This document shows positions 38,801-52,548 of a stretch of DNA of 64,000 bases, one piece after another (within the stretch, counting starts at the first letter, position 1; each line of letters opens with the position of its first letter). Under the pieces are notes generated by a model, which did not search any database, was not told where the DNA came from, and saw only the letters and a program-made list of their open reading frames with translations. The DNA comes from Laetmonice hystrix (taxonomy: Eukaryota): contig OZ249439.1 of NCBI GenBank assembly GCA_965235115.1, forward strand, positions 26,102,001-26,166,000. Reading direction: 5' to 3'. The position numbers and the translations under genes are program-made.

Positions 38801-41161
38801 CAAGATATTATCTCGGACCATGGCGGTGCAGCCTGCCCTATCGTCCTGTGCCACACACCGAAAGATAAATGATGATGTCCCCTTCTCTGCATGGAATGTG
38901 TCTCTTTATTTTCACATTACCACAGTGAATTTCTCACCCTCCGTGGAATGGGGTGCCAAGGCTACCCCTCCCCCACTGATACCCTATTGGTCGTTCTTAC
39001 CCCCACAGTATCTGGACCGGCCATAAGGTCGGTCCGGACCCTATCTGGTATCAACTCAGGCTGACACCCCAGCTCTGGTCTCTGTATATTGGGCTGTCTG
39101 GTCGGTGGACATTGTTCTCTTAATAAACGAGCAAAAGGTCCTATATCAGACCTCGGCTGCATCAAGCCAAGCACACTCTGGGGAAGACCCGGCGGGGACA
39201 TCAACCACCCCCTCCCCCGGCCTGGTTTGTGGACCACAACCACCCACACCCTCTTCATCCCGCCAGCCTGGTGTACCAGGGCAAGAGACTCCCATCCACC
39301 AAGGGCCCGAACTGCCAGCATTGATGGTTCGGACAACAATGGCCCAGACACAGATTACGGTCTTATCACAGCCGGACATACACCAATCTGGCTTGGTCCC
39401 CTCTAGATTAAGACATATCCAACTACCAAAAAAAACGTGCTTCAATGATTGGACTTCGGTCCCAAGCCTGTCAGGACAAAACAAAGTTTTCTTTCTATAC
39501 AAAAACAATGCCAGGGCCGCTCAACACACGCAACATGACGTGAGGCAATGTTTTGCACACTTTATTTCAAGTGTCTTCTTGTACTGACAATGCATTATTT
39601 ATTGTCTCATGACTCCATCTTCTTTTAAAATGACTGGGGTATTTTTTCTATACTTAAGATTACAATGTTCTCACTGTGGCAAACCAGCAAAAATAGGGAT
39701 CGGAACCGTGGCTTCATTTTAAAAATGATGAACGGACGTTTGCAAACAATAATCTCAGCGTTGTCCTGTACAACTGCTTTTCAGAAACCAATATGTTCTG
39801 ATTCATCACGTAACTATTGACATATCGTTATTTCATACTTCAGTGCCCTTGCACGACGGTTGACATGTGAATGTCGCCCACATTGACCCACCCCCGCCCG
39901 TATATATATATAGAGATGTGCGTGTCGCCCCGTTGGCTGGTGAATCTTGCCCTCGGGCCTCTTTGACCAGTGAGCCAGGGTTTGGGGGCGGTGATCTCAG
40001 TGTCCCCCCTGACCGCTGTCTCTCTGACCTGGCCCGTCGCTCAGTCCCCAGGTGTGGAGACCAGTGATCACTTACCCGCCCGGAGTGCAGACACAGGTGC
40101 TCCCGATGACGGTCCTTTCTCTCTCTCTCTTTTTGTCTTTCCTAATGAGCAATGGAAATACAGTCGCCGGTGGCCTTCCAGACAGCGTTGGCGGAGAGCT
40201 GCAACAGTTCTTCCATACTGTCATCTTCTCAGTGACGACCGCCATCTGACAATGAGCGGGACATACTGACAACCTGGCTGACGACCCCGTGATGTCATCG
40301 ACAAGGAACCACCCCAGATGGACCGGGGTAAAACTGGTGTTATTACACCGCATGTAATGAGGTAATCAATGAGGCTCCGTAATATCTCCGGATGTTTTTT
40401 GCCCCAGGAATAATCCCTCCGCGTGCAATATGATATCTTCCTCTGTCAGTGCCAATTCTCCACCACACGCAATTCCACCAAGACGTCATAAGACGAAATC
40501 TACGCAAATGCAGTTTAGATTTAAAGAGAAACCTGACGTTCTTTCTTCGTCACGTACATGAGAGAAACGAAAAAAAGGTACCTGCCAGAAATGTTGAGAC
40601 TTCACTTCAACTATTTGATACCTGTTCGCCTCCGGCATGTAGTAAGAGGGTTTTGTATCTGCTGACTAGTCGAGAAAACAATACCTCATGATTCTTTTCT
40701 CTATCTCCCTCTTCAAGAGTATGGCGATGTTTTTAGCCGTGGGGTAGCATGACCTACTCCCGTGTCCTGCCATTCCCTATAACCTGACATGCAATGGTCC
40801 ATCGTAACGTCGTCCTAGAAATCCTCTTACAGTCTCCCGACAGGGGAAAACAACCCAAGAGTATGGTGTCATGTCGGTGTATGTCAAGCTTCGCCAGACT
40901 AGGACTGCACATATTCTATACCCTCTACATCTCTATGTCACATGCCATTTTGTTTTCCGTCTCCTTATGACAATTTCCATTCCCTACTTCGGCAAGGTTT
41001 GATAATGTATTTACAAATCAACAGCAAAACTACTGTCACCTCTTTAGATTGATGATAGGTCTATGCCCTCCACTAGCACAGCATGACAGTCTTTTTAAAA
41101 TTTATTGAGCGAGTATGGCGATTCTGACTTTTCCTCCTCAAAATCTGATCTAAAGAATAAA

Positions 41162-41245
41162 TTTTCAACACGCAGCAAGTATTTTGCAAGGTTTCAATTT
41201 TGCAATTTCCAACACGCAGTAAGTATTTTTGCACGGTTTCAGTTT
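41162..41245. repeat. ~44-bp-period imperfect tandem duplication (caacacgcagYaagtattttgcaMggtttcaRttt)
   Basis: Two copies at ~41162 and ~41206. Confidence 0.8.
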
Positions 41246-41531
41246 AGCAGGCAGGAAGTGGTTGAAGTGTTGTACACTACAACGGGTCTCCTCCATTCTA
41301 CCCCGTCCAACCCTCAAGATAATACCCTCACCCTCACTCTCGGTCTGTAGGCGGGTTTATACCCCGCTGGGGTTCATTCAGCCTGGATTACCGGGACAGT
41401 GTCACACCACCACCACCCACCCAGTGATGATCCGTTAATCCTCCAGGATCTTCCCACGGTCTGGGATAAAGGTGGTCGGTAATCCTCGCCAGGTGCGTCC
41501 TACCAGATGGAGCCACTTAACTGTCGAGTTG

Positions 41532-41924
41532 AAGTGGCCACCGTGGAAACGCTTCAACTTTACCTTTACTGAGCGATACAAGTGGTAACCGTTGAAACGC
41601 TTCAACTTTACCTTCACTGAGCGATACAAGTGGTAACCGTGGAAATGCTTCAACTTTACCTTTACTGAGCGATACAAGTGGTAACCGTGGAAACGCTTCA
41701 ACTTTACCTTCACTGAGCTATACAAGTGGTAACTGTGGAAACGCTTCAACTTTACCTTCACTGAGCTATACAAGTGGTAACTGTGGAAACGCTTCAACTT
41801 TACCTTCACTGAGCGATACAAGTGGTAACCGTGGAAACGCTTCAACTTTACCTTCACTGAACGATACAAGTGGTAACCGTTGAAACGCTTCAACTTTACC
41901 TTCACTGAGCGATACAAGTAGTAA
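41532..41924. repeat. 48-bp minisatellite, ~8 copies (gaaacgcttcaactttaccttcactgagcgatacaagtggtaaccgtg)
   Basis: Units start at 41546 and recur every 48 bp to 41882, with few substitutions and no spacers. Confidence 0.97.
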
Positions 41925-42479
41925 AGACGTCCATTTCTGGTCATAATTTAGGCAATTCAAACGGGAATTCATTCCATTCCTGTAAAATCTCCAGTACGAA
42001 AGATAAAGTTGATAAACGTCAAGAAATGAGCGCAGGCAAGTCCCCTTACTTTACTATAAACATGATGAGGCACAGATGCGCATTCAACACGGAAACGAAT
42101 TACAATAAGTTAAGAGTTATGCTATACCGGCATAGGAAACAGGCATTCCATTGGTGGCTCATGGAATACATTAGCCTACCGCAAACATTACAAATGGCAG
42201 CAAGAAAATGTCAAAGATGAACTACAAAAAATGGAGGGAATACCAATATGAAGTTGACAAATGACAATTTCTGGCAATATCGCAAGATGACAAAGCATGT
42301 ATGATGGAATATTGGATAGAATCAGAAGGCGCGGGGTGTGGCCAGGCCGGGGCACACTGATGACGACACGTTCGCCTACCCCTATCACTCACACTAATTC
42401 CCAATATGAAGAGAGGAATGAAATTATCATCAGAAATTCCCAACCAGGATCGACAATAATCAGAGGCGGGTGCTATAGC

Positions 42480-42835
42480 GGAGGATGCTGGCAAGTATTG
42501 ACGCTTCTATAGCGGGGTACAGACAGCTATTGGCGCTTCTATAGGGGAGGGCAAAGGAAGGGCTGTTGGCGCTTCTATATAGGGGAGGGCAAAGGGAGGT
42601 ATATTGGCGCCTCTGTAGGTAGGGCAAAAGGAGGGATATTGACGCTTCTGTTGGGGAGGGCAAAGGCAGGGCTATTGGTGCTTCTATAGTGGAGGGCAAA
42701 GGTAGGGCTATTGGCGCTTGTAATGGGGAAGGCATGGGCAGCTATTGACGCCTCTACAGGCGAGGGCAAAGATAAATTTTGGCGCTCCTATCTTGGATAG
42801 GGCATGGACAGCAGCTGTTGGCGCTTTTACAGGGC
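42480..42835. repeat. Degenerate ~36-bp minisatellite, ~10 copies (consensus gctattggcgcttctatagtggagggcaaaggcagg)
   Basis: (g)ctattggcgc/tattgacgc core at ~42497, 42526, 42562, 42601, 42636, 42671, 42707, 42741, 42777 and 42814. Confidence 0.88.
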
Positions 42836-44694
42836 AAGGACAGATCGAGAAAGTTGTTAAATCAAGCCTCTGGCGGAATACTCCCAGAGAATGGCAGTGA
42901 CATTTAAAACGTACGACACATTGGTTCAAACTGACCGCAGGCATCATCAAGGTACTTGAGACAGTGGGTGTTGGCTGGTCAGTAAAATTAACACCTCCAT
43001 CCCCCATGCCTGACCCTCAGGTCCGTCACACAATACCGCGATGACCAACCACCCCTGAGGCAGGCTGCCAAAGCCCCACGCGATCTCGTGTCATACGTGT
43101 ATGTAGCTCCCATGAGGTGTTATCATTCAGTGGTCAGCGAAGCCCTCATCAGTTTGCTAAACGTCTGGACGACACACACCTGTCACCTTACCGACTCCCT
43201 GATGATCCCACCCTGGGAGAAACTTTGACCATCGACGTCACATTGGCGACATCCCAGTTCGTTTTGTCTCACCATACAAGCACCTATTGTCCCAAGGTGT
43301 CAGGGCGCTTAATCTACTCCACCGACTTCCAAGAACATCAGCAGTGCTCCCCGCTGGAGTCGTTAATGTTCCGCAAGGCCCCTTCCAGCAGGGGGCAAAT
43401 TAAAACAGATTTGCTCCTTGCCTTCCCTTACCTGCCCGACCATCGAAACATACCTGGCCCCGTGCTTGAACACACAGGGGGGCTCACCAAATAATAGGAG
43501 GTGTTTTATTTTAATCATGCCTAAATGTATCGAGTCACAAAGGCCAAGTGGCACGCCGTGACTGAGGTGAACGTTAGCCCCCTGCCCCGAACGATCCTTG
43601 TCGTGTATCGAGTGACACTCTCCTTGAGCGACGACAAAAAGTCTCGAGCCGATAAATCCGTCTCTGTCAGTCGAGTACTCACCAGGCTACTTGCGACTAT
43701 CAAACGAGTCCTTGATTCTCCCTATCAATCCATCGGCCACTCGATACTGGCGCCTCCCAGCGGTCATCACATAATTCAGCCGTCCACAGTGGGGAACCAA
43801 GGACAGAAGACGGCGGGTTTTACCTGAGGATCCGCTAGGGGAAGGGGGGAGGGGGAGGGGGGGGGGGGTTCTCCTTGGAATCTGCTAGTAAGTCTCGTCC
43901 TGAAGGCTGCCACCTCCAATTTTAGCATCTGATTTAGCCACTCCTGATTTGTAAAAGTAAAAGTTGGTGTTGTCCTGGTGATAATGCTGTTCCCTTTTTA
44001 AACCTAATTGGTGACGGTACAACAGCCTTTCCATGTAAAGGCAAGCTGGCTGTTTATTTAGAAACAGCGATATCGAATTAAGTCAAGGGTGCAAATAACA
44101 AAGCCATATGTACCACGTTTCCCTCAGAGCTATCACCCCTATCCATTTAACCAGCACCCGGGGCATTAAGAGTAAACAGACGAACATTAATGCTGACATA
44201 CATGCGTGTATTGCACTCCCTTTCAGGGCAACCCCTAATAGAAGAAGCCTACAGGTACGTTTACACCAAATAAACCCGGGCATATCTATTGTTACAATAC
44301 GGCATGCATCTTATTGTCTGATGTACGTTAAGGAACCGTAAGTGCGCCTGAGCGGAGAAGATTTGGGCCAGCTCGACGAATTCTGTGATGTTCCACCGGG
44401 GTCACGTTTCAAAGTGTCACATCCAGAGGTCTTATCGTGACTCCGACCGATCAAGGCCTTGGTGTATATGTTGTGCGGGGGTGGGGGGTTTTGCCTTTCA
44501 AACGTAGCGGGGTAACCCTCACGTAATATCACCCCTAAACAACCCCTGAAGGCTGCCGGTAAATAGGTGAAGGTTTGAACCCCAAGACGAAAGCTGTAGA
44601 GATATGTAGGGGCATTTTGACCTTGACTGAGGAAGCATCAGGTGTAAACCCACAAAAAAACCGTCTCAACTGACTTTGAAGCCTTTGTTGTAGG

Positions 44695-44790
44695 GAAGAG
44701 TGGCATATGGGTGGTAAGTTTTGTCTTGAAGGAAGGTAGTTTTGTGTTTTTATCAACAAGAATGTTTCTTATGTCGGACATATCTAGTAT
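44695..44790 (-). mobile_element. Possible LINE (L2/Crack-like) ORF2 C-terminal remnant
   Basis: RNIL...LPSFKTKLTTHM resembles the WNxLP...SLxxFKxKLKTHL terminus. Confidence 0.3.
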
Positions 44791-45046
44791 GACATGGAAT
44801 GTTTGACTGATCGATGTAACGAGGCGGTAAAAGACCATTGACCTTGGCTTCGTCCTTGAACTGACGTCAACTCGTGACTCGACCATACTTACAGTCGAAG
44901 CATGGCATCTGATTTAACCTTACTGTATTTGAGCAAGACGTCAGCTTTTTGCATACCACATAAAATCTTCAGTTTCTAAGCTGTTTACCCACAGTCAATA
45001 TGTTCTTGGATGTCAGTTCGATTGTAGTCGAATCTTTTCGACCTAT

Positions 45047-45085
45047 ATAGACTAGAAAATGCAGACTATAGCTGCACGGTTTGTG
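45047..45085 (+). mobile_element. Possible LINE (CR1/L2-like) RT C-terminal remnant
   Basis: ID*KMQTIAARFV resembles IxxLExVQRRAARFV. Very short match. Confidence 0.22.
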
Positions 45086-47455
45086 GGAAGTTCTACAGTT
45101 TCAGCGAGTGTTTTTGTCCTGTGGTATAGTTACTGTACATACATGCTGGTTTCAGTAACATTATATGGTCCTCTCTCGATACCTCTCTATTCTACCCCAC
45201 CCATTTCATGCATCTGACATGATCACGCGAAGAAGAAAAGAAAATCGGACTATCCCAAACCCGTTAAAAATGTCAGGACTCATCAGTCACGCTTAAATCT
45301 GGCTGTATTTTTCTTGGACGTTCAGTAATACGTAAGTTTTCGACTTTGCGGAACCAAAGCTGGAATTAGATCAGGATCCTTTTTCAATCAATATACTTTA
45401 ATTATTTCACTGTATCATATATATTGATTCCCAGGTAGACAATCCCTCCAAAAAAGACAAACCTTTTAACCTTCTCAAATTACAGTCAACTTACGTATAC
45501 AGGGAGCATTTGCGGAGGGTAGTCTGTTTGTACAATATAAATAAATCACAACACAAGCTGCTTCCATTTATCCTTTAGTCCCTATCCCTTTCTCTCAGAG
45601 TCCTTCACTGCCCTCCAGCTTAGTTACTTTTTTATAATATAACGACACACATCAGCCATCAAAGACTTGCTAGACACTGCAGATCACTGGAAACCCTTTG
45701 TAAGTCTCCTATACTCTCTCCATGTTCAAAGCCTTCATACTTTACAGCTCTGAATACGAGTGCATTCCACTAATCAGATAATTTATGAATTCTTCCGTCC
45801 CCTCTACACAAAGCCAGAAGAAGAAAGTTACCATTCCTCATCTAGAGCCCCCTATGGTGCATAGGTACACTGTTGAGATAAAGTGCACCTGTAACTACTA
45901 AAGGCACTCCTAATCAATCCTCTCCGGGAAGCTACTGATTATACAAGTCAGGTACTGTATAACTCATCCACATTTGTTTACATTTCAAACTGCTATTGTG
46001 CAACAATACCTTATGGATGAAAAGCACATGTTTTGAAGAGGGAACTCTCTGTTCGGAAAGTCTCCATCAAGAGTATGAGTCGGTGCACCCAAACTCTGTG
46101 CCACGCTCTATAAAGAATATTACTTGGGCTCAAAATAGAGTGAGGCACTTAAGCATCATAAATCCCCTTCATATATTCTCTGCACTACTCGCTGATAGTC
46201 GCACATACATACTTGCCACACTTATAATACCAGTTTGAACCTGTGTCATAACTGATACATACACGCGACCACGAAAACTGTCCAGGTGTAAAATAAGGTG
46301 TCATTCGGGTCGCCGCTAGACCCCCGACCAGGGCTGATATGATCACCTATATGATGTAAACTGTCTCCGCAACACACTTCAAATTGATCCTACACGTCTA
46401 AGGCAATCAGTGGCTAATCCTCCTCTGCGTGCCAGACGGACTAACACGCCCCCCATCAGTATAGCACCAGGATTTTCTCTGGTCTATAGCCAATTCCCCT
46501 CAAATAGCCAATGGGGATGAGGGTCAAGATTTGTTGCCATTCCACTCAATTCCACATAAATAGCCAATAGGAGACTGGACCAAGATTTGCAGCGATACTT
46601 GAACCGTCGCCCTAGTGGTCATCCAAAGCGAGTCAATAGTTGTGTGCGTGGGGCTGTGGCACTGAGGCCGGATCTTTACTCAATGAGTATTTGATGGGGC
46701 GCGCTGCCGGGTCGGGCCACACTTCCGGCAAACCTCCGCCGCCGGCCCACCAATCACAGCAAGTCATTCTAGCTGCTTGTGGCCGGATTCCTCAAACAAT
46801 TACCCAGACCATCATTTGGATCATAGAAATGATCCCGAATCGGGTTTTCTGGCTGACTCACGGGTTCGCGTTATATCGTTTTGTATGGCAATACAGGGAC
46901 AAGGCCAGTGAAGCGGTTTAAAGACCCAGCCTGTCACTTGTCATTGGAGCAGAGTCTGAACAGATACAGGCAGTGGCCAATTGGAGGACCGTCCCAGCGC
47001 ATACATTGCCACTGATATGACAGTTGGTCAATGAATCCCGACAGACATTGTAATCCTGAGGCAAATGGCGATACGTGAGGGATTCATAAATCATAAGTAA
47101 GCAAAAGACAGCGTCGTTATACGACAGGACAAGGCCGCTTGCCGGGAGGGGAGGTGGGGAGGGGGGGGGGGGGTACGCCACTGTTTTTCCTCTTTACGTC
47201 CATGCAATCAACAACAGTAAACACTGCAAAGTGTGTGGATAACTGGTGGTCCATAGTCGTATTGAACACGGGCGTAAAGTTAGGTCTCTCAGTATAATGT
47301 CTACGTAGGTCTATAGACCTGAACATTATGTGGACGGTAAGTTTGACATATGCAAACATAATTCTATAACTTACAATCCAAACATAATATAATAACATCT
47401 CCGCGAAGAAAAAGAAAAAGACATCACGTTGGCTGGCAGCAAAATAACAGAATAA

Positions 47456-47620
47456 TTAACTTACAGTTCTTTGATTGATTTTAATTGCGTTCAAATGCTT
47501 CAAGTAAGAATGCATTAAATTCCGCAAAATAGAGACGTTATTATACAGGTTTAGAATTAGCAAGAATAAAACACTAGTCTTGAAACGTTGAATATAAATA
47601 TACGGAATTTCTATACATCG
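47456..47620 (-). mobile_element. Possible Tx1/L1-like ORF2 C-terminal remnant with AT-rich 3' tail
   Basis: QRFKTSVLF...LRNLMHSYLKHLNAIKINQRT followed by T-rich sequence. Resemblance judged by eye only. Confidence 0.2.
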
Positions 47621-50600
47621 ATGGCGGCCAGTGTTATAAGGATTTCCTGCGCCTTTCATAATTATATATAACGAAAATCTCCAGGAAGTGGTTCTAAATA
47701 CCAGATCTGAACAGCGTTCCATTCTGCGACACCATATTTCCTCCAGGGAACATGGGCTGCGAGTGCACTCGGCCAAAGCCCTCATTTGGGCAATTCTAAC
47801 TGGCGCTATTTCTCCTAAAAAGTCGAATTACACGGGCCTTTCCTTCGATGGTGAAGAGAAAAAAACCTATGTGGACGGGCCGGATTTGCCAATATAGCCA
47901 TGCCGAGCGCACGCTAACCACGGCGTGAATCCCTGTGGCCCTGACCTGCAGCCCTCCATGAAATGAAAACTGCAGCGATGAGCACGGTGTACTGGCCCGT
48001 GTTTCCATTGACTTAACGTCTATCTGCTATAGTTGACCATGGATTAGATCCCCGGTCGCTATGATAGGTTGTCCGGGGATCGCTGCCATCGCGACGTGTC
48101 TCTCTCAACCCGCCTCTCGGCAGGGAGGTGGGGAGGGGGAAAGTCTCATGGTCATGTCGTAGTATTTGCCCGATATTTGAATGAAGCCTCCAATCCCTAC
48201 ACTGTCCACATATTTATTGGTGTGAGCCCGTGACCCTGGACAAGCTAATCCTACAGCCGGGATCTGTTGTCAGGCTTTGGGATCTATACTCGCTGCGTAA
48301 ACATCGACTTTCACCAGTCAGGCAGAAAATTCAAAATAGCCAGAGAAAATTGCGCTTGGGACCGGCGAAACCTTAAGAGACCCATAAATAACGATTGCAC
48401 CATGTAAGAGGCCAACGTTTCAATGACTACCATCTATGACTGTCGTCAAGCATTACTTCAGACTTTCAAGACTACTTCTGCTTATTCCCTATAACTACTA
48501 GTGAAACGGCTGGCGCCCCTCAGAGACTCAAACACATTAAAGGGATCGCCATACAGTGTAATGAGACCCGCTACAGTAAAGGACCCAATTAAAAAGCTAA
48601 AATGAAAAGTCAGCAAGCTGCTCACTGGCGCAAGAGCACAATATGCTCTTAGTTCGCCATAAAAAAAACACCGCCTTTTACAGCTCCATGGCAAAGTGCT
48701 TTTATGAAATGAAATTCCTCCGCCAGCCATCAGTAACTTATGTGTAAGGGAATCTTAGGCATATATCCTCAAGTAACCGTTCAGTGCGGACTCAAAGGAG
48801 TTCCCACGCAGGCAGAACGACCATAACAGAAAAAAACCCTTCATTGTTGTCTGCGTTAAAAAAGAATCATTAGTCCTTAATACACTTAGCGGTTGCAGCT
48901 GCCAGCCTTAAGGATCCACGCTAAGAGAAACTAATCTTAATTCTCCGAATCTCTACGTCAGAACCACCTGGCACTAGTTCCCTAATGTCTGCGAATGTTA
49001 CAGTACAATAACAGATACAGTGACGCAGAGAGAGGTTCAAATGTACCTTTTATTTATCGCTTCAGTATTGCTTTCTCAATCAATGGACACGACAAATGTA
49101 CATTACGCCATAATTATATGAGAAAAACTCAATCAACGATAACGCAGGAAACTTAGGATTCACCCTTGACGTCCTTTCAGCGATAGTCTGTGAGCACAAG
49201 TGAAGTTCAAAGGCATTTTAACTCAAAGATCTGATGGCTACCCGGAAATTACCCCAGACCAGTGGAGGTCATTAAATGAATGGCTCCCAGGCTCTATCAT
49301 TTCCACTGATAACAATTTGATTACTGTATGCCCTCTCAGAAATACCCCGCTCGCTACTGTGTCCCCAAGTGGTAATTCTCTCACAGTAGCCGCGCCCTTT
49401 TTCCCTTTATCAACACCCAATGATAATCGCTTTGAATGGAAATGAAAAACATAAAGCCTAAAAGCCCATGGAGATAGGGGACGCTAGGGGAATCCATCAC
49501 TAATAAAGCCATAGCAACCAGGCTAAAAGTGACATTAAATGATCAATTCTTTGTGCCTGAGTGTCAATCCGAGGTCCTAGCAGGCAAAACCTAGCTCTGA
49601 ACTTTAAAACTTCCATTGCTTTATTATTAGCCATGTTTCGGACCATTAGGCGGCTGGAGGCGTTTCTGGTTGGGAACTGCCTGCAATTCTCGAGCCTGCG
49701 CTTGGTGACGAGTTTTTTTGGCTCTAATTAAGAACCATCCCTCGGCGTGGTCATCGCTCGCTTTCACGCGTACTGCAATTGCATCTCTGGCAGGAGCTCT
49801 TCAGCCGCCTGCGAATGGCATCCAATGGAGAAAAGTGTTGACACGGAGTGCAGATAGGATAATGGGCGATAGCATTTGATTATACAAAAGGAGATAGATG
49901 TTAGGAGGCTTGAGAAGATCGGGAGGGAACGGGCAGGTACAGGCTTTGGTTCAACTCTGGCCTTTAACAAGGGGCTGGAGCAATAACTGCAGTGACAGCT
50001 TCTTCTCCAAACGTCCTCACTTCTCCGCTAAACTGCCTCCCTTTTCATGTCATGAGACGCTGTGCTGTTGAAAGGCGCTCAGTCGGTCTCCCATGTCTGT
50101 GGTACAAGAGATCAGTACCCACTAACACCAGCGGAAATATTGACCCAGATCGTTGAGAATCAGGACCAGTCCCAATTCAGAGACTTGCCCACACTTCACT
50201 TAGTGGTAGCCATACTCATCTCTACCTCTTACTACACTGGTACCATTAAACACACAAATCATCGCACCATCTGTAGCCTGGAGAGTGGGGGGGGGCAACG
50301 ATTCTATTGGCACATCTGGAGCCCCCCCCCCCTCTCCCTTTCAACAAAAGCTTTGGCTGGCTCTCTTTCTGCCAAACGATGTCGGAGAACCGTTTTTGTA
50401 ATACGTGTCTAGATTTCCTGAAAATCACCGCCAGACGCGGCAGACACCTGATATCTTGGCCCACCATTTTCTCCGAATTATCTTTCCATGTTATTATTTT
50501 GCTAACACCATTATTATTCCATTAACAATTTCACATTTCCCAGGACATGGCGAGCACCCATGCCCGTCGGCGTTGTAACCCTAGCCGCCGCCGCCTGACC

Positions 50601-52348
50601 CGTCACCTATGAAAGGTTCACGCTTCTGTAATCATATTACTCACTTATTTACGACTCCTGTAAATGATATTACACACTCAAAAAGTTGTGTGGTTTAATC
50701 AAAGCAGACAACTATTCTTTGCACCATTGTCCACCATGAAATATTCACTTCAGCAAACAGTATCCACACCGGGGAGTTCCCCACACGAGGGTCACTTGGA
50801 TTTCCTTCCCTTTATATACCACTGACCGACAGAGGTCATTGACCACAGGCGGATCAGTATCGCATCGGCTCAGGTTCCCTCGCAAAAATAACCACAGATG
50901 TTGAATCATGCGGTGGGCAGTTTAAATCCGGGGGCAGATCCTCTGGCCGGGTCTGTCCATCAGTTTGTTTGAACTTCTCGCCGGGACTCCATGTCAATGA
51001 TGATGTAATTATCGGGATTCGAGTTTTTGCGAAAGTCATTTTCTATTTACAGGCCTCTGTGGGGATGTCAGAGTCGACCTTGGCAGACCGCATCAGCCGG
51101 ATAACGTAAAATGACACATTATTGACAAATCTCATAATCTGATAAGAACCTGGTCTCAAGGCATGCTGAACTCGGTACATAAACAAAGATGTAGTTTTCT
51201 TGCAGAAGGAGCGGCAACTTGGCAAATTTCAAATGAAAACTGCCCGGCTCCGACTGCACGTACAATGACTTGCATGAGGGAATTATAACTATAATGTGTT
51301 TTAAATGTCACCCTAATGATCAGCCAGATGACAAGGGAGATCAATTTATCGCGTAATTAATGGCAAAGCCAGTGATTGTTAAGGACGAAAGCTATTCTAT
51401 GACCATCCGCCGGCCTTCGCTGAACGACTGAAAACGCATTAAGGCATTATAACAGGTAAACGACCCCCGTCTACGGACAAAGCCCAATTAAAACGCTTCT
51501 ATACGTCAGGAATAACTGCTGGACGAGCTACCCAACCTGATCGTTTGTAACACAGTTAAAATCTTGGTCCTGATCATAATGTGGTTATCACTATATAATA
51601 CTGATGGCTGGCTGTTTCCCTACGCAAGAACAGAGGAGTATCGCTTTGTTCTCCCCCCCCCCACACCCACACTTCACGGCTATACACACACGGCATGAAA
51701 GAGCAAGGTGATGGCCGGTACAGGGGGTGGGGTGAGGTGGGTTAAGGTGGGGGTTATTATACCCTGGGGCCACTTCACCCTTGAGGCCACCCCCGTTCCC
51801 AGGGACGGGCCCATCCCCCAAATGGTGCGCTACATGATCCAGCAGATTTAACCACATGTTCACATGTCAAGAATACATCCATGCTACCAGTAATTTGGTC
51901 ACAGGTGCAGTGTGGCATTAACCTCTGAACCAAGCAAACTTGAGGAAAATAAAACCTTCATGTTACGCTGCTCCTCAGCCCAATATGGGGTCTTGTTTAA
52001 TGATGGTTTTATACTTTTTAATTACCTGCTAAATTTGGAAAGTTTCTGGAGAGATTCTTCGACCGGTTGATGTGGATTGGAACTCAAGTACCTCATAAAC
52101 CAACCCGTTCTTCTAATGGGTCATCCTCACGTGCTCGTCACAAAATACACAAAATGGTTTAACCAAACCAAAATATAACAGTCTTCGTCTATTATTACAA
52201 TAAAACAGGCCTCAGCAAGTATTTGTTGTAATTATTTTTGAGAGGAACCAGGCTTCTTCATGTAGCCGATACTAACATATGAAGAGCAACAATTCCCACA
52301 GCCGGGGTCTAATATTTCATTGTCACTACCATACGACATTCGATTATA

Positions 52349-52548
52349 GTGCTTAATCTGTCGAAGCTGCTCGGAGACATAAACGCTCATTTCACAAGAT
52401 GGAAAGGATCAGATGTTATGTGCAAACTCGGCAAACCAAGTGTTCACCCCCATCACATGAAAAAATATCAACATCACCAGAGTAATTTTCTACTAACATT
52501 GTATAACACTAGGACATTGGATCCCATCTAAATACAGGGGAAATGACC
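52349..52548 (+). mobile_element. Decayed non-LTR retrotransposon AP-endonuclease fragment
   Basis: LLGDINAHFTRWKGS (52367-52411) matches the GDFNAHxxxW-GS motif. LNTGEMT (52528-52548, shifted frame) matches the downstream LNxGxxT motif. Confidence 0.55.

Noticed and set aside
41532-41924. Regular repeat array as a CRISPR
   Set aside because: Units are head-to-tail with no unique spacers, there are no cas genes, and the context is eukaryotic.
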